The notes beneath the pieces are model-generated. The model saw nothing but the letters and a program-made list of their open reading frames with translations, had not been told where the DNA came from and searched no databases. Shown here piece after piece: positions 52,972 through 63,272 of a stretch of 64,000 bases of DNA. Source of the stretch: Candidatus Poribacteria bacterium. GTDB lineage: Bacteria; Poribacteria; WGA-4E; GCA-2687025. The position numbers were made by a program, and so were the translations under genes. The stretch is taken from positions 3,648,001 to 3,712,000 of the forward strand of contig OY762492.1 of NCBI GenBank assembly GCA_963665845.2. The letters are read 5' to 3'. Positions within the stretch are counted from its first letter, which is position 1; every line of letters begins with the position of its first letter.

Positions 52972-54825
52972 ATGAACAACCTCCGCGGCGCAAAACGATT
53001 TCTTCTTTTTCTATGCGCTTGCTTTTTCATGTGCGCCGCTCTTGAGGCTAGGTCGCCGCCGCTCATCTCGCAGCTGGGGCTTCCCGACGGCGTCAAGCTG
53101 CGCATCGGCAGGGGAAGCGTCCAATCGCTCGCCTATTCCCCGGACGGCAAGAGGCTCGCCGTAGCAAGCAGCATCGGCGTCTGGATCTACGACGCGCTCT
53201 ACGGCGGAGAGATCGCGCTGCTTCAAGGGCATACGCGCCAGGTCAATTCGGCGTCCTATTCTCCAGACGGCAAGCGCATCGTCAGCGCAGGCAACGACGG
53301 CGCCGTGCGCGTCTGGGACGCGGAGACCGAAGCTCTTCTCAATACGCTTGAAGGACATATATCGTTCGTCAATTCGGCGTCCTATTCGCCGGACGGGAAG
53401 CGCATCGTCAGCGCAGGATACGACGGCGCCGTGCGCGTCTGGGACGCGGAAACAGGCTCTCTTCTCCATACGCTTAAAGGACATAGGTATTCTGTCAATT
53501 CAGCGTCCTATTCTCCGGACGGGAAGCGCATCGTCAGCGCAAGCGGCAACAGAACCGTTCGAGTATGGGACGCGGAGACCGGCGCCTTCATCAAAGCGCT
53601 GGAAGGCCATACAGGGAGCGTCGAAACGGCAGTGTATTCACCAGACGGCAAGCGAATTGCAACCGCAAGCAGCGACGGAACTGCGCGCATCTGGGACAGC
53701 GATACTGGCGCCTGGCTCAACACGCTTGAGATGGAATCGGATAGAGGAATCATGTTGGCGTATTCGCCGGACGGCAGGCATCTTGCGGGCGGAAATGGGT
53801 ACATGCTGCAGTTGTGGAACGCCGCCTACGGCTCGCCTCTTCAGCCGATTTTCAGAAGCGCTAGCAACTCCGCAGCCAGTTCGTTCGCGTTTTCGCCGGA
53901 CGGCCATAGCGTTGCCGCCGCTGGTCTCGGCGGTCCAATTTACATTTGGAACATCAAGTTTCGCGCCCGCGTCCGCGCGTTTGAGGGGCATACCAACTTC
54001 GGCGCGGTCGCATTGTCGCCGGACAACAAGCATGTGGTCGCGGCGGACCCAATGCGTACCTTCATTTGTATATACGATGTCAGCGCCGGCGCGCTTCTCG
54101 AAGCATACAATATGCGCCGCGCGGTTTCGCTAAACTATTCGCCGAACGGCAGGCGTCTCGTCATCGGGTACCGCGACAGGACGGTTCGAATATGGGAAGA
54201 CACAAAGCAGCTCTATAAGCTTAAAGGTCATACGATTCGCGTCAGTTCGGCGTCCTATTCTCCGGACGGGAAGCGCATCGCCAGCGCAAGTTGGGATAAA
54301 ACCGTTCGCGTTTGGGACGCCGAAACCGGCGCGCTGATCCACACGCTTAAAGGACATAAGTATGCCGTCCATTCGGCCTCCTATTCGCCGGACAGCAGGC
54401 GCATCGCCAGCGCCGGCGCCGACGGAACGGTTCGCATATGGGACGCGGAAACAGGCGCGCCGCTCCATACGCTTACAGGGCATTGGACAGAGATTCATTC
54501 GGTTTCCTATTCGCCGAACGGCAAGCGCATCGTCAGCGCTGACCGCTATGGAAAGACGATCATCTGGGACGCCGAAACAGGAGCCCGTCTCCGTACGCTC
54601 AAGGGGCGCTTCTGGGCGGCGTATTCCCCAGACGGAAAGATGATTGTGAGCGGAGCCATGGATACAACCGTATGCGTCTGGGACGCCGAAACCGGCGCCC
54701 TTCTCAAGAAGCTCGAAGGGCATACGGAACATATCAATTGGGCGGCGTTTCTACAGGACGGAAAGACGCTCGCTTCATCAGGCTTTGACGGTACCATCCT
54801 TTTTTGGGACATCTCCGACCTCTAG
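52972..54825 (+). CDS. Secreted WD40-repeat protein, tandem paralog
   Basis: Collinear with the previous gene, sharing the C-terminus AFLQDGKTLASSGFDG....WDISDL. Confidence 0.95.
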   Translation: MNNLRGAKRFLLFLCACFFMCAALEARSPPLISQLGLPDGVKLRIGRGSVQSLAYSPDGKRLAVASSIGVWIYDALYGGEIALLQGHTRQVNSASYSPDGKRIVSAGNDGAVRVWDAETEALLNTLEGHISFVNSASYSPDGKRIVSAGYDGAVRVWDAETGSLLHTLKGHRYSVNSASYSPDGKRIVSASGNRTVRVWDAETGAFIKALEGHTGSVETAVYSPDGKRIATASSDGTARIWDSDTGAWLNTLEMESDRGIMLAYSPDGRHLAGGNGYMLQLWNAAYGSPLQPIFRSASNSAASSFAFSPDGHSVAAAGLGGPIYIWNIKFRARVRAFEGHTNFGAVALSPDNKHVVAADPMRTFICIYDVSAGALLEAYNMRRAVSLNYSPNGRRLVIGYRDRTVRIWEDTKQLYKLKGHTIRVSSASYSPDGKRIASASWDKTVRVWDAETGALIHTLKGHKYAVHSASYSPDSRRIASAGADGTVRIWDAETGAPLHTLTGHWTEIHSVSYSPNGKRIVSADRYGKTIIWDAETGARLRTLKGRFWAAYSPDGKMIVSGAMDTTVCVWDAETGALLKKLEGHTEHINWAAFLQDGKTLASSGFDGTILFWDISDL

Positions 54826-54869
54826 CTCTATGATCCCGCTTTGCCCATACCGCATTTCTCCCCAGCGAT

Positions 54870-55366
54870 AAACGCGCGGGAATCTTAGACGGCGCCGCAG
54901 TTATTGTCTGAACTAGGATTGACATGATTAAAAGATTGCCAAGAGAACTGCCGAAAACGATGCGCCGCCCTTGACATGCCGCTTTCCAGCGCGTCATTCC
55001 CGCGCAAGCGGGAATCCAGAGGATTCGCCGAAACCGCCCGCATCCCCGGCCGTCATTCCCGCGTAAGCGGGAATCCAGAGTCGCCGCGGACGCTGTCCGC
55101 GCCCGCGGAAACCCCCTTGCCCCCCTTACAAAGGGGGAGTTATGAAAGCCCCCTTGAAAAGGGGGTTTGGGGGGGTTTCGGCGCCATAGAAACCGTCCGC
55201 GTTCATCCCAAGCGTCCGGCGGCTCAAATCGTTCCCCGCTTCCGCGAGGACATGCATTCCTGCGCAAGCGGGAATCTTAGCCATTGTCTGAACTAGGATT
55301 GCCAAGAAAATTTCCGCGATCCGCTCTCTTGGCAATCTTACTAATCCTTCCATCCTAGTTCAAAAC
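54870..55366. repeat. Composite intergenic repeat cluster (dRS3-like, CCCCCTT..AAGGGGG, family B, 22-bp unit)
   Basis: At least three ATTCCY-N8-GGGAAT palindromes, two CCCCCTT-N-AAGGGGG hairpins, and family B copies at both ends. Confidence 0.85.
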
Positions 55367-55373
55367 CATGCGC

Positions 55374-55402
55374 TTGACATTCCGCCCCCCGCGCCGTATA
55401 TT
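55374..55402 (+). promoter_or_regulatory. Putative sigma70 promoter
   Basis: TTGACA-17 bp-TATATT, 28 bp upstream of ATG 55431. Confidence 0.7.
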
Positions 55403-55430
55403 GAACCGACCTAGGATGCGGAGCGGACGA

Positions 55431-56237
55431 ATGAAATCGATGCCGACAGCGGAATTGAATGTGGACGTAACAGAGGAGCAGATACGGTTTTTTCAGGAGA
55501 ACGGCTACCTGAGCATAGACCGCATCTCGCCGGACGAGGAGGTGGAATGGCTGCGGGGGATCTACGACGACCTGTTTGAGAGCCGCGCGGGCGAGGAACA
55601 GGGCGCCTACTTTGATCTGGGCGGGCCGCGCGCGCATCAAGGGCGGGAGGTTCTGCCGCAGGCGCTGGGTCCGGAGCGGGTCTATCCTCAACTGCGCGAG
55701 ACGAACACCTTTCGAAACGGGCGGAAACTCGCCGCCAAACTGCTCGGCGTTCCGCTCGAACAGGTGAACGGCGGCGGGCATATGATCTTGAAGCCCGCCG
55801 AGTACGGACGCGAAACGCCATGGCATCAGGACGAGGCGTACTGGAACCCTGCGGCGCTGCATCATGGCTTGAGCGTCTGGACGCCGCTGGACGAGGCGTC
55901 GCTGGAATCGGGCTGCATGCAGTTCATACCGCGCTCGCATTTGACCGAGGAGGTGCTGGTTCATCGGCATATCGACAACGACCCGCTGACGCATGGGCTG
56001 GTGACGGACGAGGCGGAGGCGTCGTTGGCGGAGGCGTGTCCGCTGCGTCCCGGCGGCGCGACGTTTCATCATTGCCGGACGCTGCATTACGCGGGACCGA
56101 ATCGGACGGAAGCGGCGCGTCGGGCGTATATCAATGTGTTCAATGCGCCGCCGAAGAAGCGCGCCGTCCCCGACCATCGCCCATGGCTCTTGGAAGAGCA
56201 GGAGGCGTTGAAAAAGCTGTCTTCTTTGGCGCGTTGA
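55431..56237 (+). CDS. Phytanoyl-CoA dioxygenase (PhyH) family protein
   Basis: FFQENGYL, TPWHQDEAYW, SGCMQFIPRSH, FHHCRTLHYAGPN. Confidence 0.92.
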   Translation: MKSMPTAELNVDVTEEQIRFFQENGYLSIDRISPDEEVEWLRGIYDDLFESRAGEEQGAYFDLGGPRAHQGREVLPQALGPERVYPQLRETNTFRNGRKLAAKLLGVPLEQVNGGGHMILKPAEYGRETPWHQDEAYWNPAALHHGLSVWTPLDEASLESGCMQFIPRSHLTEEVLVHRHIDNDPLTHGLVTDEAEASLAEACPLRPGGATFHHCRTLHYAGPNRTEAARRAYINVFNAPPKKRAVPDHRPWLLEEQEALKKLSSLAR

Positions 56238-56286
56238 CAGGTTCGTCTGCATGATGTTTCAACTTTATGCATGCGGTCGGCAAATC

Positions 56287-58002
56287 TTAAGAAACGGAGC
56301 GGGAGCGGCTGAACGGAAACTGAAACGGACTGGAACGGTGCCATATCTCATCCAGCGAAGGCGGATACGGCTCTTCCAGCAGACTCCCTTCCTCCACAAA
56401 ATCGAACAACTCGGCGTAAGATTTCACCTCCGACGGTCCTACGTTGCGGCATATATGCCTCGGCGTAATCTCCTCCGGGCTGGACATCCCGGCGGCGCCG
56501 AGCAGCTCAAGGACGCTGTGAACCGTCGCGCGGTGGTAATTCGCCGCCCGATGCGCCTTGTTGGTCGGATCCAGCGCTTTATACAGCCCTGGGTTCTGCG
56601 TCGCCACGCCGACGGGGCAATGGTTCGTGTTGCATTTCAACGCCTGAATGCAGCCGATGGCAAACATCATTCCGCGCGCCGAGTTGCATAAATCCGCCCC
56701 CAGCGCGATCTTCGACACGATATGAAAACCTGTAACGACGCGCCCCGCCGCAATCAAGCGCGTTTTGCCGCGCAAACCGGCGCCGGTCAAGCCGTTCTGC
56801 GCCAGCAGCAAGCCCATGTTGAGCGGCATTCCGACGGAGCTGGAAAACTCATGCGGCGCCGCTCCCGTGCCGCCCTCCGCTCCGTCAACGGCGATGAAGT
56901 CGGGCGAAATCTCCGTCTCCAGCATCGCCTTTACGACGCTCAAAAACTCGCTGCGGTGTCCGACGCACAGCTTGAACCCGACAGGCTTTCCGCCTGACAA
57001 ACGGCGCAGCTGGTCGATGAACTCCAGCATGCCGATCGGGGTGTCAAAAGCGGTATGCGCCGGCGGCGACAGAACGTCTCGACCCATCGGAACGCCGCGT
57101 ATTGACGCAATCTCCTTCGTCAACTTCGCCGCGGGAAGAATGCCGCCATGCCCCGGCTTCGCCCCCTGCGACAATTTCAGCTCGATCATCTTGACAGCGG
57201 GATGCGCCGCCTGGTCGCGGAACCTGTCGGGGCAGAAATCGCCGTTCGGCGCTCGGCACCCAAAATAGCCGGTGCCGATCTGCCAGACAAGATCGCCGCC
57301 GCCTTCCAGGTGGTAAGGGCTGACGCCGCCTTCGCCCGTGTTATGAAAAAAGCCGCCCATCTTTGCCGCGCGGCTCAACGCGAGAACCGCGTTCTTGCTG
57401 ATCGACCCGTAGCTCATAGCGGAGATATTGAACAGGGAGGCGGAGTAAGGCTGACTGCACTGGTCGTTTCCGATGAGAATGCGCGGCGGCTTCTTCGGCG
57501 GATCCACAGCGGCGATGGAATGGGTGATCCATTCATACCCGCCTTCGTACACATCCGCCTTGGCGCCGAAAGGGAGCGTGTCCAGTTGACCTTTGGCGCG
57601 CTGATAAACGAGCGACCGTTTTTCGCGGCTAAACGGCTTTTCTTCAGTGTCCGACTCGATGAAATACTGCCGTATCTCTGGACGAATCATCTCCAGCAGG
57701 TAGCGAAAATGTCCCAGGATGGGAAAGTTGCGCAGCGCCGTATGCTTTTTTTGAAACACATCCCAGACGCCGAGCGCAACGACCGGCAGCGCCACCGCGT
57801 AAAGCAGCAAAGCCCATCGGTTCCATAAGCCGAGCGCGCCGATGCCGACCATGAGCGCCGCCGACAGCGAAAACACAATCGGGCGCAGGCTTAGATGTAT
57901 CCGCAGCGGCGCCAGCGCCAGAAGAGCGATCAACCCCAAGACAAAAACCCCCGCCGAGACCGCCAACGCCACCGCGATGTAGTCGCCGACAAGTATTCGC
58001 AT
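56287..58002 (-). CDS. Stand-alone FMN-binding glutamate synthase family protein with N-terminal membrane anchor
   Basis: ISAMSYGS, NTGEGG, KLSQGAKPGHGG, DGAEGGTGAAP, CIQALKCNTNHCPVGVATQ; lacks the amidotransferase domain. Confidence 0.9.
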   Translation of the reverse strand: MRILVGDYIAVALAVSAGVFVLGLIALLALAPLRIHLSLRPIVFSLSAALMVGIGALGLWNRWALLLYAVALPVVALGVWDVFQKKHTALRNFPILGHFRYLLEMIRPEIRQYFIESDTEEKPFSREKRSLVYQRAKGQLDTLPFGAKADVYEGGYEWITHSIAAVDPPKKPPRILIGNDQCSQPYSASLFNISAMSYGSISKNAVLALSRAAKMGGFFHNTGEGGVSPYHLEGGGDLVWQIGTGYFGCRAPNGDFCPDRFRDQAAHPAVKMIELKLSQGAKPGHGGILPAAKLTKEIASIRGVPMGRDVLSPPAHTAFDTPIGMLEFIDQLRRLSGGKPVGFKLCVGHRSEFLSVVKAMLETEISPDFIAVDGAEGGTGAAPHEFSSSVGMPLNMGLLLAQNGLTGAGLRGKTRLIAAGRVVTGFHIVSKIALGADLCNSARGMMFAIGCIQALKCNTNHCPVGVATQNPGLYKALDPTNKAHRAANYHRATVHSVLELLGAAGMSSPEEITPRHICRNVGPSEVKSYAELFDFVEEGSLLEEPYPPSLDEIWHRSSPFQFPFSRSRSVS

Positions 58003-58043
58003 AACGCGCCTCCTTCGCCTTTAACCAAACAAAACCGCCCGCC

Positions 58044-59531
58044 CTACGCGGAACGCCCGACCGACTCAACCTGCGCAAACAGCCGCTTCACCTCCGGCTT
58101 CATGACCTTCCCCATCGCGTTGCGCGGCAGCGCCTCAACGACAAGCAGGCGGGACGGTACCTTATAGACGGCAAGCCGCTCCTTCGCTAAGCTGCGCAGC
58201 GTCTGCAGATTCAGTTCGGCGCCGTTTTTCAAGACAGCCGCCGCGCCGACCCGTTCGCCCCACTCCTCGTCCGGCAAGCCGACGACGGCGCATTCCTGGA
58301 TCTGCGGCAGCTCCATCAGCGCGTTCTCCACCTCCAGCGCCGAGACCTTGTACCCGCCCGTTTTGACGATGTCGACCGAGCGGCGGCCGAGGATGCGGAA
58401 GCGTCCGCTTTCGTCTTGGACGGCGATGTCGCCCGTGCGGAACCAACCGTCATGGAACGCTTTTGCCGTCTCTTTCGGTCGATTCCAGTACTCCAAGAAA
58501 ACGGCTTCGCCGCGCGTTTCGATCTCTCCCCCCGGCGTCAGGCGCGCCTCCATGCCCGGAAGCGGGAAGCCGACCGTCCCTGGAAGCCGCGCGCCGCGAT
58601 ACGGGTTGGAGAGCGCCATGCCGAATTCGGTCATGCCGTACCGTTCCAGCAGCGCCTGTCCGGAAAGGGCGCGCCATTTTTCAAACAACGCGACCGGCAG
58701 CGCCGCCGAACCTGAAACCGCCAAGCGCAGATCCCCCGCCGCTTTAGACCAGACGGCGCGCTTCTCCGTCGGCGCCGCTTCCCATGCCTGTATCAAACGG
58801 GAATAGATTGTCGGGACGCCCATGAAGATGGAGACGCCCCCCTCGGCGAGACGTTTCCAGACGGCGTCGGCGTCAAAACGCGGCAGGAACTCGCATGCCG
58901 CGCCCGAATAGAGCGCGCAGGTCAAGCCGTTCACAATGCCATGGATATGGTGAAGCGGCAGCGCGTGGAGCAGCCTGTCCGACGGCGACCATTCCCACGC
59001 TTTTATTAGACAGCGCGTTTGCGCCTCTAGGTTGCCATGCGTTGAGACGACGCCTTTCGGGCGTCCGGTCGTGCCGCTTGTGTAAAGAATCATAGCGCGC
59101 CGTTCGGGCGAAAGGCGGGGCAGATCGGCATGCGGCGCGTCCGTCAGAGGGGCGGTCAACAAGGGGAGGTTGATGTTTTGAGCGGCGCTGTTGAGACGCG
59201 CCGCTTCTTCAGCGCCGGCAATCAGCGCGGACGCCTGCGAATCGCGCGCCGCATACTCCAGCTCCGCCGGCGGATGCGTCAGCCCAAGCGGAACGGCGAC
59301 CCCGCCCGCCCGCCAGATTCCCCATTGAACCGCGGCATACAGGGCGCCGGGCGGACATAAAAAGGCGACGCGCCGCTCCGCTAGATCGGAACATTCAAAA
59401 AAACGAAGCAGAGAACGCGCCGCCGACGCCGAACGTTCCAGCAGCTCGGCGTAGGCAGTCTGTCCGTCCGCGTCTTTAATGGCAAGAGCGCCGGGCGGAA
59501 AGGCGGCGGCGTTTTCAAACAGACGGCTCAT
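58044..59531 (-). CDS. Acyl-CoA synthetase, malonyl-CoA synthetase (MatB/ACSF3)-like
   Basis: YTSGTTGRPKG, LPLHHIHG, SGSAAL, ERYGMTE, PRNAMGKV. Confidence 0.88.
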   Translation of the reverse strand: MSRLFENAAAFPPGALAIKDADGQTAYAELLERSASAARSLLRFFECSDLAERRVAFLCPPGALYAAVQWGIWRAGGVAVPLGLTHPPAELEYAARDSQASALIAGAEEAARLNSAAQNINLPLLTAPLTDAPHADLPRLSPERRAMILYTSGTTGRPKGVVSTHGNLEAQTRCLIKAWEWSPSDRLLHALPLHHIHGIVNGLTCALYSGAACEFLPRFDADAVWKRLAEGGVSIFMGVPTIYSRLIQAWEAAPTEKRAVWSKAAGDLRLAVSGSAALPVALFEKWRALSGQALLERYGMTEFGMALSNPYRGARLPGTVGFPLPGMEARLTPGGEIETRGEAVFLEYWNRPKETAKAFHDGWFRTGDIAVQDESGRFRILGRRSVDIVKTGGYKVSALEVENALMELPQIQECAVVGLPDEEWGERVGAAAVLKNGAELNLQTLRSLAKERLAVYKVPSRLLVVEALPRNAMGKVMKPEVKRLFAQVESVGRSA

Positions 59532-59535
59532 CGGG

Positions 59536-60735
59536 CTAATACCGGTGCATCGTCCCGTCGGAACGGCGGACGATGGGCATATAGGCGCGTTTGTAAGGAT
59601 ATTTGGCGGCTTCTTTTTCGTCGATGTCCATGCCGAGTCCGGGCTTCTCATGCGGGTAAGCGTAACCGTCTCTCCAGGCGCATGGCTCTCCGATCACACC
59701 GCGCAGCCTCTCATGTCCAGGGGCGTTGAAGTCAATCCACTCTTGAACGCCGAAGTTATGGATAGCGGTTTGGAGATGGAGCGAGGCGGCTTGCCCGACA
59801 GGTCCGATGTCCGCGGCGCCGTGGAACGCGGAGCGTATCTGCGCAGGTTCGGCGAGCGTCATGATCTTGCGCGCCTCGGTGATGCCGCCGACATGAATCG
59901 GCTTGATGCGTATGTAATCGATCAGCTGCTCTTGAAAAAGGCGGATGCAGTCCCACTTGGAGGTGAAGATTTCGCCGATGGCAAGCGGCGTCGTGGAAGC
60001 GGCGCGGACGACGCGGAAGCTCTCGTAATGCTCAGGCGGCAGCGCATCTTCTAAAAAGAAAAGGCGGTGCGGCTCCAGCTGTTTCGCCAGCCATGCGGCT
60101 TGAATCGGCGTCAGCTGTTCGTGTACATCATGGAGAAGTTCGACCGTATCGCCCAGCGCCTTGCGCAGATGTTCAAACAGCTTTGGAACCTCCGCGAGAT
60201 ACGGCGCGGGTTCAAAATAGGAGGCGCCGGGGACGCCTGGGCGGGGAGACGGCTCGCTGCGAACGTTGCCGCTTCCGCCGTAGGCTCCCATCTGCGCGCG
60301 GATGACGCGGTAGCCGCGCTCCTGAAAGGCGCGGACGCTGTCGGCAACCTGTTCGGGCGAGCTGCCGCCGGCGTGTCCGTAGGTCAGAACGCCGTCGCGC
60401 GATTTGCCGCCGAGGAGCTGGTAGACCGGCATATTCGCCGCCTTGCCTTTCAGATCCCACAGGGCGGTGTCGATGGCGCCGAGAGCCGCCATGAAGACCG
60501 GACCGCCGCGCCAGTAGCTCCAGTTGTAGATCAGCTGCCACAGGTCTTCGGTCTTGAGCGGGTCTTGTCCGATGAGCAGCTCGGCGGCATGCTGCGCGGC
60601 GGTTGCGACGGCAAGCTCGCTGCCGTTCAGCGTCCCTTCGCCGACGCCGTAGAGTCCGTCGTCTGCGACGATTTTGACGAACAGGTAGTTGCGCGTTGGA
60701 CATGTGAGTATGACGCGGACTTCTGCGATCTTCAT
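59536..60735 (-). CDS. Enolase-superfamily sugar-acid dehydratase (ManD/RspA-like)
   Basis: YWRGGPV, ALWDLKGK, LLHDVHE, FFLED, AIGE, HVGGIT, R.DGTMH. Confidence 0.88.
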   Translation of the reverse strand: MKIAEVRVILTCPTRNYLFVKIVADDGLYGVGEGTLNGSELAVATAAQHAAELLIGQDPLKTEDLWQLIYNWSYWRGGPVFMAALGAIDTALWDLKGKAANMPVYQLLGGKSRDGVLTYGHAGGSSPEQVADSVRAFQERGYRVIRAQMGAYGGSGNVRSEPSPRPGVPGASYFEPAPYLAEVPKLFEHLRKALGDTVELLHDVHEQLTPIQAAWLAKQLEPHRLFFLEDALPPEHYESFRVVRAASTTPLAIGEIFTSKWDCIRLFQEQLIDYIRIKPIHVGGITEARKIMTLAEPAQIRSAFHGAADIGPVGQAASLHLQTAIHNFGVQEWIDFNAPGHERLRGVIGEPCAWRDGYAYPHEKPGLGMDIDEKEAAKYPYKRAYMPIVRRSDGTMHRY

Positions 60736-60853
60736 CGCGGCTCCCTTGCGCGCGGGTTGCTTTGCCGTTCGTTTTGTTAAAGGTAACGTAGCGTACAGCC
60801 GCCTCCCGCGCAACAGGCGGCTGCCTCTATAGACGGCGATGCGCGAAATAACC

Positions 60854-61005
60854 GACCTTGTGTCTTTAGTTGGGGCATGCCGGCGGGCGGACGCGGACGG
60901 TTTCTGCCGCGCCTCTAGATTCGCGCGCATTACATTTTACCGCAAGGGCAAGGGCGGGGACGACCCCGTTTTCACGGGGGCAGGCTATGGGGCGCGGAAA
61001 TGACG
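60854..61005. repeat. Degenerate MITE-A end with nested hairpin units
   Basis: GACCTTGTGTCTTTAGTTGGGGCATG...GACGGTTTCTG..GCGCCTCTAGATT; 22-bp unit CCCCGTTTTCACGGGGGCAGGC at 60964-60985. Confidence 0.7.
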
Positions 61006-61016
61006 ACCTTGGGCGG

Positions 61017-61868
61017 CTAATTCATCGCCCGAATATGCTTGCGGAGGGGCGCCATCCCCGCCAGCATTCCGACAAGCGTCGCGCCCGCCGCCACGATTCC
61101 CATCTGCTCTGGCTCTAAAAACGATGTGAAGCCGACCGACTCTCCGTACTGCCAGTAAAGCCCGTACAAGAGCAGCAAGCCCAGCCCGCTCCCGAACAGC
61201 CCCTCCAGCAAACCCTGCAGCAGCAGCGGAATGCGGATATAGCCGTAGGTCGCGCCGAGGAGGCGCAGAATTGCGATCTCCTCCCGACGCGCGTAGACGG
61301 TCAGCATGATCGAAAACGCGATGACGACCATCGAAACGGCGGCAATCAAGCCGCCCAGCAGAAACGCGACCCGCTTCATCTTGTCCAGCTGCTCCATCGC
61401 CTCGTTTTCAAAGACCACATCCTCGACGCCTTCCAGCTGTTTCAGCTCCTTCACTATTTCGCGCATCGATTCGGCGTTTCGGTACTCCTCGCCGGCAAAC
61501 GCTTCAATCGCGACAGGGAACGGGTTTTCTTCAAACCCTTGGATCATCAGGGCGGTGTCGTTTCCGAACATCTCTTGGCTTCTCTTGAGAGCCTCGTCTT
61601 TCCAGACGATATGCGTTCGTTCGACCGATTCCATCGCCAGGATCGTCTTTTCCAGCTGCTGTATCTGCTCTTCGGAGAGTTCGTCCAGGATGAAGGCGGC
61701 GGCCCCCGCGTTCTCTTCAAACTGCGCCATGTCCGCATAAACGGCGTTCCGCACCAAATAGAGCGAACTGAAAAGCGCCGCGGTGAGCGCGACGATGACG
61801 ACCGCCAGCAGGCTCACGACGCCGCCATGGCGCACATTTAACAATGCCTCGCGGAAGAGCCGCATCAT
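61017..61868 (-). CDS. ftsX: Cell division permease FtsX
   Basis: N-terminal TM, ENPFP, ARREEIAILRLLGAT..YIRIP...QG; coupled to ftsE. Confidence 0.92.
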   Translation of the reverse strand: MMRLFREALLNVRHGGVVSLLAVVIVALTAALFSSLYLVRNAVYADMAQFEENAGAAAFILDELSEEQIQQLEKTILAMESVERTHIVWKDEALKRSQEMFGNDTALMIQGFEENPFPVAIEAFAGEEYRNAESMREIVKELKQLEGVEDVVFENEAMEQLDKMKRVAFLLGGLIAAVSMVVIAFSIMLTVYARREEIAILRLLGATYGYIRIPLLLQGLLEGLFGSGLGLLLLYGLYWQYGESVGFTSFLEPEQMGIVAAGATLVGMLAGMAPLRKHIRAMN

Positions 61869-62578
61869 CCGTTGTCCTCAATCACGCGCCGCCGTTCAAT
61901 GCGCAGGATTGGCTGGCGCCTTGCAGCCGCCATCGCCGCGTCATGCGTCGCCACGACGACGGTCGTTCCTCTAAAATTAAACTTTTCAAACAGGTCCAGT
62001 ATCTCCGTCGACATGCGCGGGTCTAGGTTGCCGGTCGGCTCGTCCGCAAGCAGAACGTTCGGTTCGTTCACCATGGCGCGGGCGATGCTGACGCGCTGCT
62101 GCTCCCCGCCGGAGATTTCGCTTGGGTAGGCGTCTCTGCGGTGCGCGAGGCCGACGCGCGGGATGATCTCGTCCACTTTCTGCCGTATCGTTCGGTTGGA
62201 GGCGCCGGTAACGCGGAGAGCGAGCGCGATGTTTTCAAAGACGGTTCGGCGCGGAAGCAGTTTGAAATCTTGAAAGATGAAACTCACCTCCCGCCGGTAA
62301 TGCGCCATGCGCCGTCCGCGCATGTTGCGCAGGTTGACGCGCCCATAAAAGACGGCTCCTTCGGCAGGGCGTATGTCGCCGAACAGCAGGCGGAGCAGCG
62401 TCGTTTTGCCGGAGCCGCTCGGACCGAGGAGAAACACAAAACTGCCGCTCTCGATCGTAAAGGAGGCGCGCTGGATGACCGCTTCTCGGTTGCCGAAGCG
62501 CGCCGTCGCCTCTTTCGCTTCCAGAATCGGAACGCCGCTCTCGCCGGCGGGGTTGTGTATCGGTTGGGTCGTATGCAT
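61865..62578 (-). CDS. ftsE: Cell division ATP-binding protein FtsE
   Basis: GPSGSGKTT, IFQDFKLL, SGGEQQRV, ADEPTGNLD, VATHD. Confidence 0.94.
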   Translation of the reverse strand: MHTTQPIHNPAGESGVPILEAKEATARFGNREAVIQRASFTIESGSFVFLLGPSGSGKTTLLRLLFGDIRPAEGAVFYGRVNLRNMRGRRMAHYRREVSFIFQDFKLLPRRTVFENIALALRVTGASNRTIRQKVDEIIPRVGLAHRRDAYPSEISGGEQQRVSIARAMVNEPNVLLADEPTGNLDPRMSTEILDLFEKFNFRGTTVVVATHDAAMAAARRQPILRIERRRVIEDNG

Positions 62579-62592
62579 GAACTCTCCGCCGT

Positions 62593-63225
62593 CTACAACG
62601 TTTTCCAGCCGACAATCAGTCCGTCCCGAATCGGAATGAGCGAGCAGGCGAAGTCGGGGTCGCTGTATAGAAGGCGCGTGATCTCGCGCACGCCGCGCGT
62701 CATGTCGTCGTTCACATTCTCGTCCCAGGCGCGCCCGCGCCAGAGCATGTTGTCGACGATCGCCAAGCCGCCGGGGCGCAGTTTCGCCTTTAAGACCTCA
62801 TAAGAGGCGGGGTAGCCGTCCTTGTCGATGTCGTTGAAGACGATGTCGAAGGGTCCGTCGGCGCCGCGGAGCGCGTCGACCGCTTCGCCGACCGTGTACT
62901 CGACGCAGTCGTTCAGTTCCATGCGGGAGAGGTACGCCCGCGCCTTTGCGGACAGCTCATCGTCCCAGACGACGTGGTGGACCGTTCCGCCGCCGTTGTC
63001 GCGCACCGCTTTTGCGAACCAGGCGGTGGAGTAGCCGTATCCGCTGCCCATTTCAAACACTTTTTTGGCGCCGACTGCCCGCGCGAGCATGTAGCAGAGC
63101 TGCCCCGCCGCCGGCCCGATGATCGGAAATCGGCGCCGTCTCGCCTCCGCCTCCATCTCCTGCAGGACCGGGTCCCCATGTTCAGCCAGCGACGCCAAAT
63201 AATCGTTCACCTCTAGAAAGTCCAT
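62593..63225 (-). CDS. O-methyltransferase (Methyltransf_3/COMT-like)
   Basis: EMGSGYGYS, FDIVFNDIDK, GGLAIVDNMLW, PIRDGL; GAGGAG RBS before ATG 63225. Confidence 0.9.
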   Translation of the reverse strand: MDFLEVNDYLASLAEHGDPVLQEMEAEARRRRFPIIGPAAGQLCYMLARAVGAKKVFEMGSGYGYSTAWFAKAVRDNGGGTVHHVVWDDELSAKARAYLSRMELNDCVEYTVGEAVDALRGADGPFDIVFNDIDKDGYPASYEVLKAKLRPGGLAIVDNMLWRGRAWDENVNDDMTRGVREITRLLYSDPDFACSLIPIRDGLIVGWKTL

Positions 63226-63272
63226 GCCCGCTCCTCTTCTTTTCTCTTGCGGTTCCGTTGCGCCATAATGCG

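Noticed and set aside
51093-54825. Diversity-generating retroelement acting on the WD40 repeats
   Set aside because: No reverse transcriptase in the window and no template repeat with adenine-specific differences was seen.
54734-55353. ORFs with 'SFPRKRES'/'WIPACAGMT'/'LDSRLRGND' peptides (also near 6000, 11100-11350, 25600-25860, 34630-35000, 35690-36020, 40470)
   Set aside because: These peptides are translations of the intergenic palindromic repeats, not genes.
56287-58002. Canonical gltB, or a gltB pseudogene
   Set aside because: The ORF is intact and matches the stand-alone FMN-domain family with a membrane anchor; no amidotransferase domain or gltD is adjacent.
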